A stretch of 54,441 nt of DNA from contig RZYY01000002.1 in NCBI GenBank assembly GCA_009930115.1, positions 1 to 54,441 of the forward strand. Direction: 5' to 3'. The DNA is from Sphingobacteriia bacterium (lineage in GTDB: Bacteria > Bacteroidota > Bacteroidia > Bacteroidales > 4484-276). Position 1 is the stretch's first letter, and every line of letters starts with the position of its first letter. Shown one piece after another: positions 16,731 to 27,200 of the stretch. Under the pieces are notes generated by a model. That model was not told where the DNA came from. It ran no database searches and saw only the letters and a program-made list of their open reading frames with translations. Position numbers and translations under genes: made by a program.

Positions 16731-18476
16731 ATGATTAATAAACTGACAATCAGGATTTTTGTATTACTGTTGTTGATTAACACAGGCATTAGCAGCGACC
16801 TGCCTGCACAGCGGAAATCAAAAGAACCCAAAGCGCTGACTCAAACAGAGGTAAACAAGCGGAAAGAGCTTTTTTTGAATGCTTCAAAAGCCCGAATACT
16901 GGGCAACTGGTCTGAAGCTGAAGAGCTTTACAAAGCAGTACTTGAAATTGACCCCAATCATGATGCATCAATGTACGAGCTTGCCCGCATTTATAACATG
17001 GCTGAAAGAAGTGGTGATGCAGTTTCGCTGATGGAAAAAGCGGTTATCATAAATCCTGATAATGAATGGTATTATCTTTTTCTTTCTGAGCTGTACAAAC
17101 AAACCTTTAACCTTGAAAAACTTATAGAGATACAAAAAAAACTGGTAAGCAGATTCCCTGAGAAAATTGAATTCCGGATGAACCTTGCTTTGTCTTATGT
17201 TGTCGGTGGCGATTTTAAAAATGCCATTGCTACTTATGAGGATATCGAGAGTTTGGTTGGCAAAACCGAAGAGATTTCATTATCGAAACATCGTCTTTAC
17301 CTTAATTCCAACCGCCCAAAACAAGCTCTCGCAGAAATTGAATCACTTGTTGATGCCTATCCCGGCAATGTGCGTTATCTTCAAATTCTCGCCGAGTCTT
17401 ACCTTGAAGCCGGACAAGAGGATGACGCACTGGAAATCTATGCCCGTATTGCCGAACTTGATCCCGAAAACCCCTTTATTCACATTTCAATGGCTGACCT
17501 GTATCGTCGTAAAGAAGATGAAAAAAAGGCCATTGAGGAATTAAAGCTGGGATTTGCCAATCCTTCACTCGACCTTGACACAAAAATTCAGGTATTGTTG
17601 TCTTTCTTTTCTCTGGAAGAATTTTATGATACAAAAATTGAATCTGCTCTTGATCTGGCCACAATCATCGCAAAAACACACCCCGACGATACCCGTGCAT
17701 TGTCAATTTATGGCGAGTTGCTGTATCGTACTAAAGCACTCGAAGAAGCACTTGATGTAATAAATCAGGTGATCGAAAAAGATATAAGCGGTTATGTAAC
17801 ATGGGAACAAAAACTGTTTATCGAAAACGAGATTCGTAACGCTGAAACAGTTCTGGCCACCAGTAACACCATGATAGAACTTTTCCCGATGCAGCCAATG
17901 GCGTATCTTTTCAATGGTTTTGCCAATTACCAGTTGCAGAAATTTGATACCGCACACATCGTGCTTGAAACAGGCCTAAAACTGGTGGTTGACAACATCA
18001 ACCTTGAAGCACAGTTTTACAGTACGCTGGGCGATGTTTACAACAGGATGGAAGATTATGCAAAATCTGATGAGAGTTATGAGCAGGCACTCAGGTTGAA
18101 ACCTGATGATGCTTTTGTACTGAACAATTACAGTTACTATCTTTCCCTGCGCAGTGAAAAACTGGAACGCGCCAGAGAAATGGCTGCTCTTGCCAATCAG
18201 TTAAGCCCTGATAATCCCTCTTTTCAGGATACTTACGGATGGGTGCTGTATCAATTGGGCGAATATGCAGAAGCTGAAAAATGGATTAAAAAAGCATTGG
18301 ATACTGACCAGGGAAAAAGTTCGGTTATCCTCGAACATTATGGTGATGTGCTTTACAAATTAGGAAGAAAAACTGAGGCGCATAACTATTGGATTGAAGC
18401 GGGCAGGAAAAATAAAGAGGGAGAAAATTCAGACCTTCTGGATGAAAAAATTAAAACTGGAATTTTACAAGAATAA
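16731..18476 (+). CDS. Tetratricopeptide-repeat protein with a signal peptide
   Basis: There are many TPR-like A/Y/L-patterned repeats. The track ORF starts at TTG 16686, but the ATG at 16731 (MINKLTIRIFVLLLLINTG..) gives a clean signal peptide. Confidence 0.75.
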   Translation: MINKLTIRIFVLLLLINTGISSDLPAQRKSKEPKALTQTEVNKRKELFLNASKARILGNWSEAEELYKAVLEIDPNHDASMYELARIYNMAERSGDAVSLMEKAVIINPDNEWYYLFLSELYKQTFNLEKLIEIQKKLVSRFPEKIEFRMNLALSYVVGGDFKNAIATYEDIESLVGKTEEISLSKHRLYLNSNRPKQALAEIESLVDAYPGNVRYLQILAESYLEAGQEDDALEIYARIAELDPENPFIHISMADLYRRKEDEKKAIEELKLGFANPSLDLDTKIQVLLSFFSLEEFYDTKIESALDLATIIAKTHPDDTRALSIYGELLYRTKALEEALDVINQVIEKDISGYVTWEQKLFIENEIRNAETVLATSNTMIELFPMQPMAYLFNGFANYQLQKFDTAHIVLETGLKLVVDNINLEAQFYSTLGDVYNRMEDYAKSDESYEQALRLKPDDAFVLNNYSYYLSLRSEKLERAREMAALANQLSPDNPSFQDTYGWVLYQLGEYAEAEKWIKKALDTDQGKSSVILEHYGDVLYKLGRKTEAHNYWIEAGRKNKEGENSDLLDEKIKTGILQE

Positions 18477-18477
18477 G

Positions 18478-19326
18478 ATGATTCCATTTAAAAACCCCTG
18501 TCAGTCATTTTACCGGCTATTACTTTACCTGCTGGTGCTGATTCCGGCATTCATGCTTTTACATGGCTGTAAAAGCAACAGAAGAATCATCAAAGCTCCG
18601 ATCAAAGAGGAAGGAGTGGAATATCTTATCCGGAAACTTCACGATAATGAAATCAAATTCAACACTTTTACCGGGAAATTTACAATTGATTACGCAATTG
18701 ACCGTAATCGCAACGATTTTAAAGGTCAGGTCAGAATAGTAAAAGACAGCCTGATCTGGATTAGCTTCAACCAGGACTTGGGCATCGAAATTGCACGGTT
18801 TATCATTTCGCAGGATTCCGTCAAATTTGTTGACCGTTTCAATAAATTGTATTTTTCAGGCGATTATCAGTTGGTTAATAATTTTCTGAGTGCCAATATT
18901 GACTTTGGAATATTGCAGTCTTTATTACTTGGGAATGATTTTGAATATTATGAAGATGCTACTTTCAGAGCGTCAATTGATAACCGAAAATACAAACTTT
19001 CGACTACAGGTCGGAATAAACTGAAAAAGCATGTTCGCAGTATGGATGACAATACCCGGCTGCTGCTGCAAACTATATGGCTTGATCCGGTATTGTTCAA
19101 AATCACGGAAATCAAACTCAAAGAACTTACCCGCGACAGCAAGAAACTAACTGCACTTTATGAAGATTTTCAGAATATTGATAAACAGAAATTCCCGTAC
19201 AGGGTTACTTTTTCTGTTGAAGCCGATAAACCGGTGAGCGTACTCATGAAATATGTAAAGGTAACATTGGATGAAGAGGTTTCCATGCCATTTAATATTC
19301 CGGATACCTATTCAAGGATTTATTGA
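18478..19326 (+). CDS. Lipoprotein, DUF4292/LolB-like by recollection
   Basis: The ATG at 18478 lies 1 nt after the TPR stop. The lipobox is FMLLHGC. The upstream part of the track ORF overlaps the TPR gene and is discounted. Confidence 0.55.
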   Translation: MIPFKNPCQSFYRLLLYLLVLIPAFMLLHGCKSNRRIIKAPIKEEGVEYLIRKLHDNEIKFNTFTGKFTIDYAIDRNRNDFKGQVRIVKDSLIWISFNQDLGIEIARFIISQDSVKFVDRFNKLYFSGDYQLVNNFLSANIDFGILQSLLLGNDFEYYEDATFRASIDNRKYKLSTTGRNKLKKHVRSMDDNTRLLLQTIWLDPVLFKITEIKLKELTRDSKKLTALYEDFQNIDKQKFPYRVTFSVEADKPVSVLMKYVKVTLDEEVSMPFNIPDTYSRIY

Positions 19327-19380
19327 TTAAAACCCTGATTATAAGTTTATTTATTCCATAAGAAGATAAAAAGAAGAAGA

Positions 19381-20907
19381 ATGACAAACAATGAAGACAA
19401 GCTGAAAAAGATTATCTCCCATTCAAAGGAGTACGGATTTGTGTTTCCGTCAAGTGAGATTTACGACGGTTTAAGTGCCGTTTACGATTATGGCCAGTAT
19501 GGTGTTGAATTAAAAAACAATATCAAAGAATACTGGTGGAAATCAATGGTTCAATACCACGAAAATATAGTTGGGCTGGATTCGGCCATCTTTATGCATC
19601 CCACTACCTGGAAAGCTTCAGGCCATGTGGATGCATTCAATGACCCAATGATTGACAATAAGGATTCGAAAAAACGCTATCGTGCCGACGTGCTGGTTGA
19701 AGACCACATGCTGAAAATTGAATCGAAAATTGAAAAAGAAGTGGAAAAAGCTGCCAAACGCTTTGGAGATGCTTTTAACAGGGAGCAGTTCTTAACCACC
19801 AATCCAAAAGTTTTGGATTATAAAAAGCAAATTGCAGAGATCAGAAAAAAACTGCTTGATGTGATGGAAAGTGATGATCTTTCAAATTTCAGGAAGCTTA
19901 TCGAAGAACTTGAGATTGTTTGTCCGGTTTCCGGATCGCGCAACTGGACCGAAGTCAGGCAGTTTAACCTGATGTTTTCCACCCAGATCGGGTCGTTGAC
20001 TGATGGTGCCAACACTATTTATTTAAGACCGGAAACAGCCCAGGGAATATTTGTTAACTATCTCAATGTGCAGAAATCAGGAAGAATGAAAATACCATTC
20101 GGTATAGCCCAGATTGGAAAAGCTTTCCGTAACGAAATCGTGGCACGACAGTTTATTTTCCGTATGCGCGAATTTGAACAGATGGAAATGCAGTTCTTTG
20201 TCCGGCCTGGTACCGAACTGGAATGGTTCAGATACTGGAAAGACCAGAGACTGAAATGGCATCTCGGGATGGGAATTCCCGAAGAAAACTACCGGTTTCA
20301 CGAACACGACAAACTTGCCCATTACGCCAACGCTGCTTTCGATATTGAATTTAATTTCCCGATGGGATTTAAAGAACTCGAAGGGATTCACTCCCGGACA
20401 GATTTCGATCTTAGTGCTCATCAGCAGTTTTCAGGAAAGAAAATTCAATATTTTGATCCTGAATTGAATGAAAATTATGTCCCCTACGTTGTTGAAACAT
20501 CCATTGGCCTTGACCGCACTTTTCTGGCCGTAGTTTCGTATTCCTATGCTGAAGAACAACTTGAGGATGGTTCGGAACGCGTGGTGATGCGAATACCTCC
20601 ATTTCTGGCACCGGTTAAAGCCGCTGTGTTCCCGCTGGTTAAAAAAGATGGTCTTCCCGAAAAAGCACGTGAAATTTTTGATAACCTCAAGATGGACTTT
20701 ATGTGTCAATATGATGACAAGGATGCTATCGGGCGTCGCTACCGCCGTCAGGATGCCATCGGGACACCCTATTGTATTACCGTTGATAATGAAACACTCG
20801 AAAACAATACAGTAACTATACGTGAACGCGATTCCATGAAACAGGACAGAATCCCGATTGACAATATTGCCGGGATTATTGCTGCACGCCTGAAAAGTAG
20901 CAGATGA
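19381..20907 (+). CDS. glyQS: Glycine--tRNA ligase (homodimeric class II type)
   Basis: The N-terminus reads GFVFPSSEIYDGLSAVYDYGQYGVELKNNIKEYWW, with class II motifs (FRNE, RMREFEQMEMQFF). The ORF is 508 aa. Confidence 0.95.
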   Translation: MTNNEDKLKKIISHSKEYGFVFPSSEIYDGLSAVYDYGQYGVELKNNIKEYWWKSMVQYHENIVGLDSAIFMHPTTWKASGHVDAFNDPMIDNKDSKKRYRADVLVEDHMLKIESKIEKEVEKAAKRFGDAFNREQFLTTNPKVLDYKKQIAEIRKKLLDVMESDDLSNFRKLIEELEIVCPVSGSRNWTEVRQFNLMFSTQIGSLTDGANTIYLRPETAQGIFVNYLNVQKSGRMKIPFGIAQIGKAFRNEIVARQFIFRMREFEQMEMQFFVRPGTELEWFRYWKDQRLKWHLGMGIPEENYRFHEHDKLAHYANAAFDIEFNFPMGFKELEGIHSRTDFDLSAHQQFSGKKIQYFDPELNENYVPYVVETSIGLDRTFLAVVSYSYAEEQLEDGSERVVMRIPPFLAPVKAAVFPLVKKDGLPEKAREIFDNLKMDFMCQYDDKDAIGRRYRRQDAIGTPYCITVDNETLENNTVTIRERDSMKQDRIPIDNIAGIIAARLKSSR

Positions 20908-20998
20908 TATCCGGGTAAGATTCTTTATCGGAATAAATGTTGGCGGGTATCCTTAAAGATTAAGCAGCCAGCTGTATTTTTCGTATAATCCTGCGGGA

Positions 20999-22411
20999 AT
21001 GACAGACAACATTAGTCATAATCGTCCGAAAGTATTTACTCTGCTTGAACTGACGCAAAGTATTCAGCGGGCATTTCAGCAATGGTACTCCGGTGCTTAC
21101 TGGATCAGGGCCGAGATGAACAAACTCAATCATTACAAGTATTCCGGTCATTGTTATCCCGATTTGCTTGAGCGGCAGGATGGAAAAGTGGTTGCACAGA
21201 TTCGTGCCACTTTGTGGGAAACTGATTACCGGCGAATTAACGCAAGTTTCCTTCAAATCCTGAAAGAACCACTGAAAGACGGTATCAACATTCTTTTTTT
21301 GGCAAAAGTTGCGTTCAGCCCTCTTCATGGCCTCAGCCTTTCCATTATTGATATTGATCCTGCTTATACACTTGGCGATTTGGAACGCGAAAAAATGGAA
21401 ACCATCAACCGGCTGAAGGCAGAAGGTGTTTTCGACCAGAATAAAAATATTGAACTGGTTCTTCTGCCGCAGCGAATTGCTGTTATTTCGGTTGAAACCA
21501 GCAAAGGCCTGGCTGATTTTCGAAAAATTCTTGATGGAAATCCCGATAAATTCAGATTTTTTATGATGTTGTTTCCAGCTTTATTGCAGGGAGACAAATC
21601 TCCCGACTCCATCATGATGCAGCTTGCCCGTATTCGAAGAGTTACCGGTTATTTCGATGCTGTTGCTATTGTAAGAGGCGGCGGAGGTGAGGTGGGTCTG
21701 GCAAGCTACAATAACTATCAGCTTGCCCGAACTATTGCCACTTTTCCCCTGCCTGTATTTACGGGAATAGGACACTCAACCAATGAAACTGTAGTTGAAA
21801 TGGTGGCGCATACCAATGCTATAACACCTACAGAACTGGCTGATTTTTTACTTGGGAAATTCCGTAAATTTGCTGAGCCGGTCAACGAAGCCCGACAAAA
21901 ACTTTCACGTTTGTCCTTTCAGCTGATTGGTTATGAGCGCCAGCAATTGCTTGAAGAGATTCGCTATTTTAAATCAGTGTCAATGAATCACATAAATCAG
22001 ACTAAAATAGTGCTTTCCGGGCTGATACAACAATTCAGACATCACAGTCAAAACTATCTCAGGGAGTCAGATGTAAATATTAAACAAATGATTTATGTGC
22101 TTAAAACACTTCCGGTTTTAAAAATCAGTCAGCAAAAAGCAGGGTTGTCGCAATTCATCGGGCTGGCTAAAAAATCTGCAGGAAGTTTTTTAAAAGAAAA
22201 AAACAATGAATTGTCAAACCTTGAAAAACAAATGCAACTTTTGCATCCGCAGAATGTACTCAAAAGGGGTTACACTATAACGTTTTACAAGGGGAAATCC
22301 GTCATTTCGACAGAAAATCTTAAAACCAGCGAAGAAATCGAAACAGTTTTATTTAGTGGGAAAATAACCAGTAAAATATCTAAAATTGTCAAAACAGGTA
22401 ATCATGAATAA
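20999..22411 (+). CDS. xseA: Exodeoxyribonuclease VII large subunit
   Basis: It has an N-terminal OB-fold region (VFTLLELTQSIQ..YWIRAEM), VRGGGG and GIGHSTNETV. It is followed by an overlapping xseB. Confidence 0.9.
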   Translation: MTDNISHNRPKVFTLLELTQSIQRAFQQWYSGAYWIRAEMNKLNHYKYSGHCYPDLLERQDGKVVAQIRATLWETDYRRINASFLQILKEPLKDGINILFLAKVAFSPLHGLSLSIIDIDPAYTLGDLEREKMETINRLKAEGVFDQNKNIELVLLPQRIAVISVETSKGLADFRKILDGNPDKFRFFMMLFPALLQGDKSPDSIMMQLARIRRVTGYFDAVAIVRGGGGEVGLASYNNYQLARTIATFPLPVFTGIGHSTNETVVEMVAHTNAITPTELADFLLGKFRKFAEPVNEARQKLSRLSFQLIGYERQQLLEEIRYFKSVSMNHINQTKIVLSGLIQQFRHHSQNYLRESDVNIKQMIYVLKTLPVLKISQQKAGLSQFIGLAKKSAGSFLKEKNNELSNLEKQMQLLHPQNVLKRGYTITFYKGKSVISTENLKTSEEIETVLFSGKITSKISKIVKTGNHE

Positions 22412-22625
22412 ACAACCAAATTATATTGAAGCATTTGAAGAGTTGCAGCAAATTGTCAGCGACATCGAAAAAGGTGAAATCAGTGTGGATGAGTTATCTG
22501 TGAAAGTCAAGCGCGCTTCAGAGCTGATAAGGATTTGCAGGAATAAGCTCATTACCACCGAAAGTGATGTTGGCAAAATTCTGGAAGAATTGGAAAAAAG
22601 TGCACTTGATCCGGGAGAAGCCTGA
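22404..22625 (+). CDS. xseB: Exodeoxyribonuclease VII small subunit
   Basis: The ATG at 22404 overlaps the end of xseA by 8 nt. It reads MNKQPNYIEAFEELQQIVSDIEKGEISVDEL, typical of XseB. Confidence 0.85.
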   Translation: MNKQPNYIEAFEELQQIVSDIEKGEISVDELSVKVKRASELIRICRNKLITTESDVGKILEELEKSALDPGEA

Positions 22626-22691
22626 TCAGGTATTGATTTAATAATACCGCCGAAAATCAAGGAAGATTAAGCAGAAAAGCATTTTGGTTTA

Positions 22692-24224
22692 TCAGCGATT
22701 AACCAGCTCAATGGCAAGTTTCACTCCATCTACTGCAGAACTGGTGATTCCACCGGCATAACCACTGCCTTCACCAATCACAAAAATATTATCGAAGCCT
22801 TCACAGCGCCGGTGCTCATCCCTGAGAACCTGAACAGGTGCTGATGTTTTGCTCTCAAGGCCCATCATCAGGCCAGTTTCGAAACCTTTTATTTTTTCGG
22901 AAAAATCAATCATTCCTTCTCTGAGTGACTTTGTTATTTCTGCTGGTAAGAGCTCTTCGAAGTTATAGGAAAAAACACCGAACGGAAATGAATTTAATGG
23001 GATTGACGATGATGTTTTTTGTTGAATATAATCAGAAATACGCTGTCCGGGAATCTGGTAGCTTCCTGTAAGATCAAAGACTTTTCTTTCAAGCAATTCA
23101 AGCCAGTTGAGCGTTTCTAAAAAATCCGGTTCTTTTTTTATGATTTTACCCGGATCAATGCCGACAACTATCGCTGAATTGGCGAAAGGAGAATTTCGGG
23201 CATAATCAGATACACCGTTCACAATGTTTTGATAATCATCAGGAGCTGAAGGGATTACTTTTCCACCCGGGCACATACAAAAAGAATATACAGGTAGTTT
23301 TTCCGAACTGGTGAACGTTAATTTGTATTCTGCAGCTTTTACTCCGGGGAGCTGATTAGTTTGCCATTGCGACAGGTTTATAAGTTCCTGGGGATGTTCC
23401 ACCCTGACTCCGATGGCAAAGGGTTTGTTCCTGAACAAAATACCGTGGTCATGCATCATTCTGTAAGTATCGTACGACGAATGACCGGGTGCCAGAATAA
23501 GCAAATCGCATGGGATTTCGCTGTTTGCGGTAATCACTGCGGTACACTTCTTTCCTCTGATGCGTAAAGAGGTGACTTCAGTTTCAAATAATATCTTTCC
23601 GCCCAAATTTTCAAACTGTCTGCGCAATGTCGGAATTACGACCCGCAGATTGTCGCTTCCGATATGTGGTTTAGCAAGATATAGAATTTCTTCAGGAGCA
23701 CCTGCATTCACGTAGCTTTCGAAAACAAACTGTTTTTCTAAAGCTATCCCTTTGGTTCTTGAGGTTAATTTTCCATCAGAAAATGTACCTGCGCCTCCTT
23801 CACCATGACAGTAATTGGAATTGGCTTTGAAAGCTGAGCCGGCTTCGAAGTGCTGAATGTCTTCATAGCGCTTGTTTGTCATTGGACCTTTTTCGATAAT
23901 GGTTACCCTGTACCCGGCTTTTTGCAGGACAAAACCTGCAAAGAAACCAGCCGGACCACTGCCTGTTACAACAACATGCTGCTGCTGCCTGCGGTAAGGG
24001 ATTATCAGACGTGGACGGGCATCATAGCGGTTACCTTTCAGTTCATCGGAAATGACCCTTATCCTGAGTTGCCAATGCACATCAGGCTTGCGACGTGCAT
24101 CAAGGCTTTGCAGCAAAATCTCGTAAGTGAAATGTTTCACATGCAGCTTTTTGCTGATGATCCTTTTCAGCTCATTATGGCTAAATGAAGCAGGCAGTTT
24201 TATTTCCAGATCCTGATATTGCAA
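22692..24224 (-). CDS. FAD-dependent oxidoreductase (COG2509-like)
   Basis: It carries the dinucleotide-binding VVVTGSGPAGFFAGFVL..IIEKG and a C-terminal GEGSGYAGGITSSAVDG motif. Confidence 0.8.
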   Translation of the reverse strand: MQYQDLEIKLPASFSHNELKRIISKKLHVKHFTYEILLQSLDARRKPDVHWQLRIRVISDELKGNRYDARPRLIIPYRRQQQHVVVTGSGPAGFFAGFVLQKAGYRVTIIEKGPMTNKRYEDIQHFEAGSAFKANSNYCHGEGGAGTFSDGKLTSRTKGIALEKQFVFESYVNAGAPEEILYLAKPHIGSDNLRVVIPTLRRQFENLGGKILFETEVTSLRIRGKKCTAVITANSEIPCDLLILAPGHSSYDTYRMMHDHGILFRNKPFAIGVRVEHPQELINLSQWQTNQLPGVKAAEYKLTFTSSEKLPVYSFCMCPGGKVIPSAPDDYQNIVNGVSDYARNSPFANSAIVVGIDPGKIIKKEPDFLETLNWLELLERKVFDLTGSYQIPGQRISDYIQQKTSSSIPLNSFPFGVFSYNFEELLPAEITKSLREGMIDFSEKIKGFETGLMMGLESKTSAPVQVLRDEHRRCEGFDNIFVIGEGSGYAGGITSSAVDGVKLAIELVNR

Positions 24225-24250
24225 TCCCGGTTAAATTTAATTTAATTATA

Positions 24251-24288
24251 ATAAAAAGGCCGGTAACAAAGATCACCGGCCTTTAAAA
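24251..24288 (-). terminator. Rho-independent terminator after the C25 peptidase gene
   Basis: AAAGGCCGGT-N10-ACCGGCCTTT forms a 10-bp stem, followed on the minus strand by TTTTTAT. Confidence 0.7.
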
Positions 24289-24299
24289 CAATGTTTAAT

Positions 24300-27200
24300 T
24301 TATTTCTGGATAATCAGTTTTCTTACTACTGACTGCTGTTCATTTTTCAGGGTAAGATAATAAACACCTTCGGGAAGTGAACTGATGTTTATTGTTTCCC
24401 TGAATATGCTGCTGGCTTCAATGATTTTGCTGAATACATCAACACCAAGCAGGTTAACGATAGTCATGCTGTAGCCTGAATTTTCATCAGCATTTAGTTC
24501 AAGGGTAAACTCGCCTGTAGAAGGATTGGGATAAATATTCAGTGAATTTTCATTGAGTGTCAGGATACCGGCTGGGTCAGAAACAATGATTTCAAAGTCT
24601 TCTGAATAAGGTCCCATCCCGCACTCATTACCTCCGCAAACTTTCAGGTAAGCACTGCCATTCCAGCTACTGCTCCAGGTAATCATGACGTAATTCATGT
24701 TTACTTCCAGATAACCTGCTTCTTCGGGTGTGAGCAACCAGTCATAAAGAGTACAGTTGTCAAGTGCTTCTACCTGGTATTCATTCATGTCACCCATTGC
24801 GACCAAGTTATCACCCTGAATTGGGCCTGGTTGTTCCGGGACGCTCATTACGTTAATCAGTGCAGGATTGGTAAGAGAAGTAGAGTTGGTTCCGTCTGAG
24901 ATTTCAAGAGTTACATCATACACACCGGCAACATTGTAAACAACCAGAGGATTTTGTTCAGTGGAAGTTTCAGGTGTCCCGCCGGGGAAAGTCCAAAGCC
25001 AGCTGGTAGCTCCCGTTGACTGGTCGGTAAATGCTACTTCCATGCCTTCGCAACCTTGTGTAATATCGGCCATAAAACTTGGTACCAGTGTAGCAGGCAT
25101 CATATCAAAGAAGTTCAGGTAGGCTTCCATAAGTGCTGTTTGGTCACCATCAAGGCCGCCAAATTCATGCGATGCGCCAATAGTTTTGTAGGTATCTGCA
25201 TCATTTGCCACAGCAGTACCATACTGAGGGCTTGTATTTTGCAGAATCAATACGCCTGAACCTGTGGCATCCAGATGATCAATCCAGTTGTTGTCGCCGT
25301 TATAATTAAAAGTCATTCCTTCGGTGAAAGTTCCGCTTAGTCCGGTGATTGTGCCAAGGTCGCCTGATCCGTCTGCTGAACCGTTAATACCAAACATAGC
25401 GTGAACTGCGGTAGGGTCATCAAAGTACCAGGTATCACCACCTTCCATATAAAGATTTCCGCCATTATTAAGATATTCAGCTAACTGGTTTCCTTGTGCA
25501 GCGCTTAATTCAGTATTATCGGAATATACTCCGAGGCAGACAAAAATCGTGGAATAGAGATCGGGGTTTTCCGGGAAGGATGATTGAAGTTCATAGGTAA
25601 TTCCGATTTCATCGAGGGCTGTACCCATATCGGGTGCAGAGTTGCTGTTTCCATCAAGATCGATGATGAGTACCGGGATTTGACCAACAATTATTGAAAA
25701 TTCTGCTTCACCTGTCAGACCGAGGTCTGCAGTCATGTCAAAGTCAAAAATCACCATATGTCCGGCAGGTGTGGTTTCCGAAGCAGTTACCATAAAACTC
25801 ATTTCAGATTCTTCGCCGGGCATGAGGTTTCCATAATTGGTCTGACCGAGATCAATAGTAATATAAGGATCGGAAGAAGCAAGATTACCAACTATATTAG
25901 TAGCATCTGAACTGCCTGTATTTTGGATTTTTATAAAAAGATTTACAGTTTCCCCCGGATCGACTTTTCCATTGTTGTTCCCATTGGGGTCAGTCACATA
26001 ATATTCTGTGTATTCAAGGATTGCAGCATGGGCAATGAGGTTGAACGAACTTTCCCATGTTTCTTCGCCAACAGCTGTAAGATCGAAGGAAATCCCCTGT
26101 CCGTCAGGAATATTTTCAGCAGCCTGAATGGTAAAAGCGTTTTCGAGTAATACTGATCCGCCTGCGGGAATATCACCGAAACTGGCACTACCGTTGACAA
26201 TAGTTATAAATTCACTTCCGGTGGTTATGCTTACCTGAACATTAGTTGCGATAGCAACGCCAACATTTTTGATGCTCAGATTCAGGTTCACTGTTTCGCC
26301 ATAATCCAGTTGTCCGTTGTTGTTGCCACTAACGTCGTTGATTTCAACTGCATCAAAAATTACATAAGGTCCTGAAGGCGGAATGCATTGAATAGTTTCG
26401 TAAATGGTTTCGGTATTTAATGCTGTAACAACGAGGAGTACATCTCCAGGAATGAAGTCATTGGGGATGGAAACAGCCCCAAATTCGTCGGTATAAGCGC
26501 TGGCATAAACACCATCTTGAGAGAGTGCGACCATGGCATCGGCAACAGGTTGGCCATTTGCAGTAACTGTTGTTTCGAATGGAGTTCCAACAAGCATAAT
26601 GTTGCTTGAGATGGTAAGTGGTGCAGGGGTTAAAGTTCTGATTTGCATGGACGGATCACCAAAAGTTGTCCATGTTTGCACTGTATTCAGGTCGTCTGAG
26701 CCTGAACTTTCGGTGAGCATCAGCACCAGTCCGTTAACAACGATTGAGCCAATGATTGTTCGGCCTTCGGTAGTATTGATGCCATTGCCGGGATTGGCAG
26801 TATAATCATAGCCGCCGGTTAATAGGTCGTTGAAATAATCCTGACCGCGCATAGGAGGTTGCCAGGGTTGATTGATGGTGGACATCAGGGTGAGTACAGC
26901 TCCTCCGTTTTCTTTTTTCAGCCATGCTTCAGCAAAGCAATCGCTTGAATTGTGAAATGCTCCGTTGACACATGCAACAGAAAAGATAAATGGAAGCATG
27001 TCTCCGTTTGTAAGCTGATTGATGTTGCTGTTGCTAAAACCGGTAGTTCCCCAGGATGTGCTTGATCCGTGACCGCAATAGTTAATGATGCTTACTCCGG
27101 TTTCGATGGCATTTTTTACCTGCAAAATGGTTGCTGATGGTTCGTAAGCTGTACTGTGTCCATCGTATGTGAAAGGGTCTAATTTGTAGTTGTAAATAAT

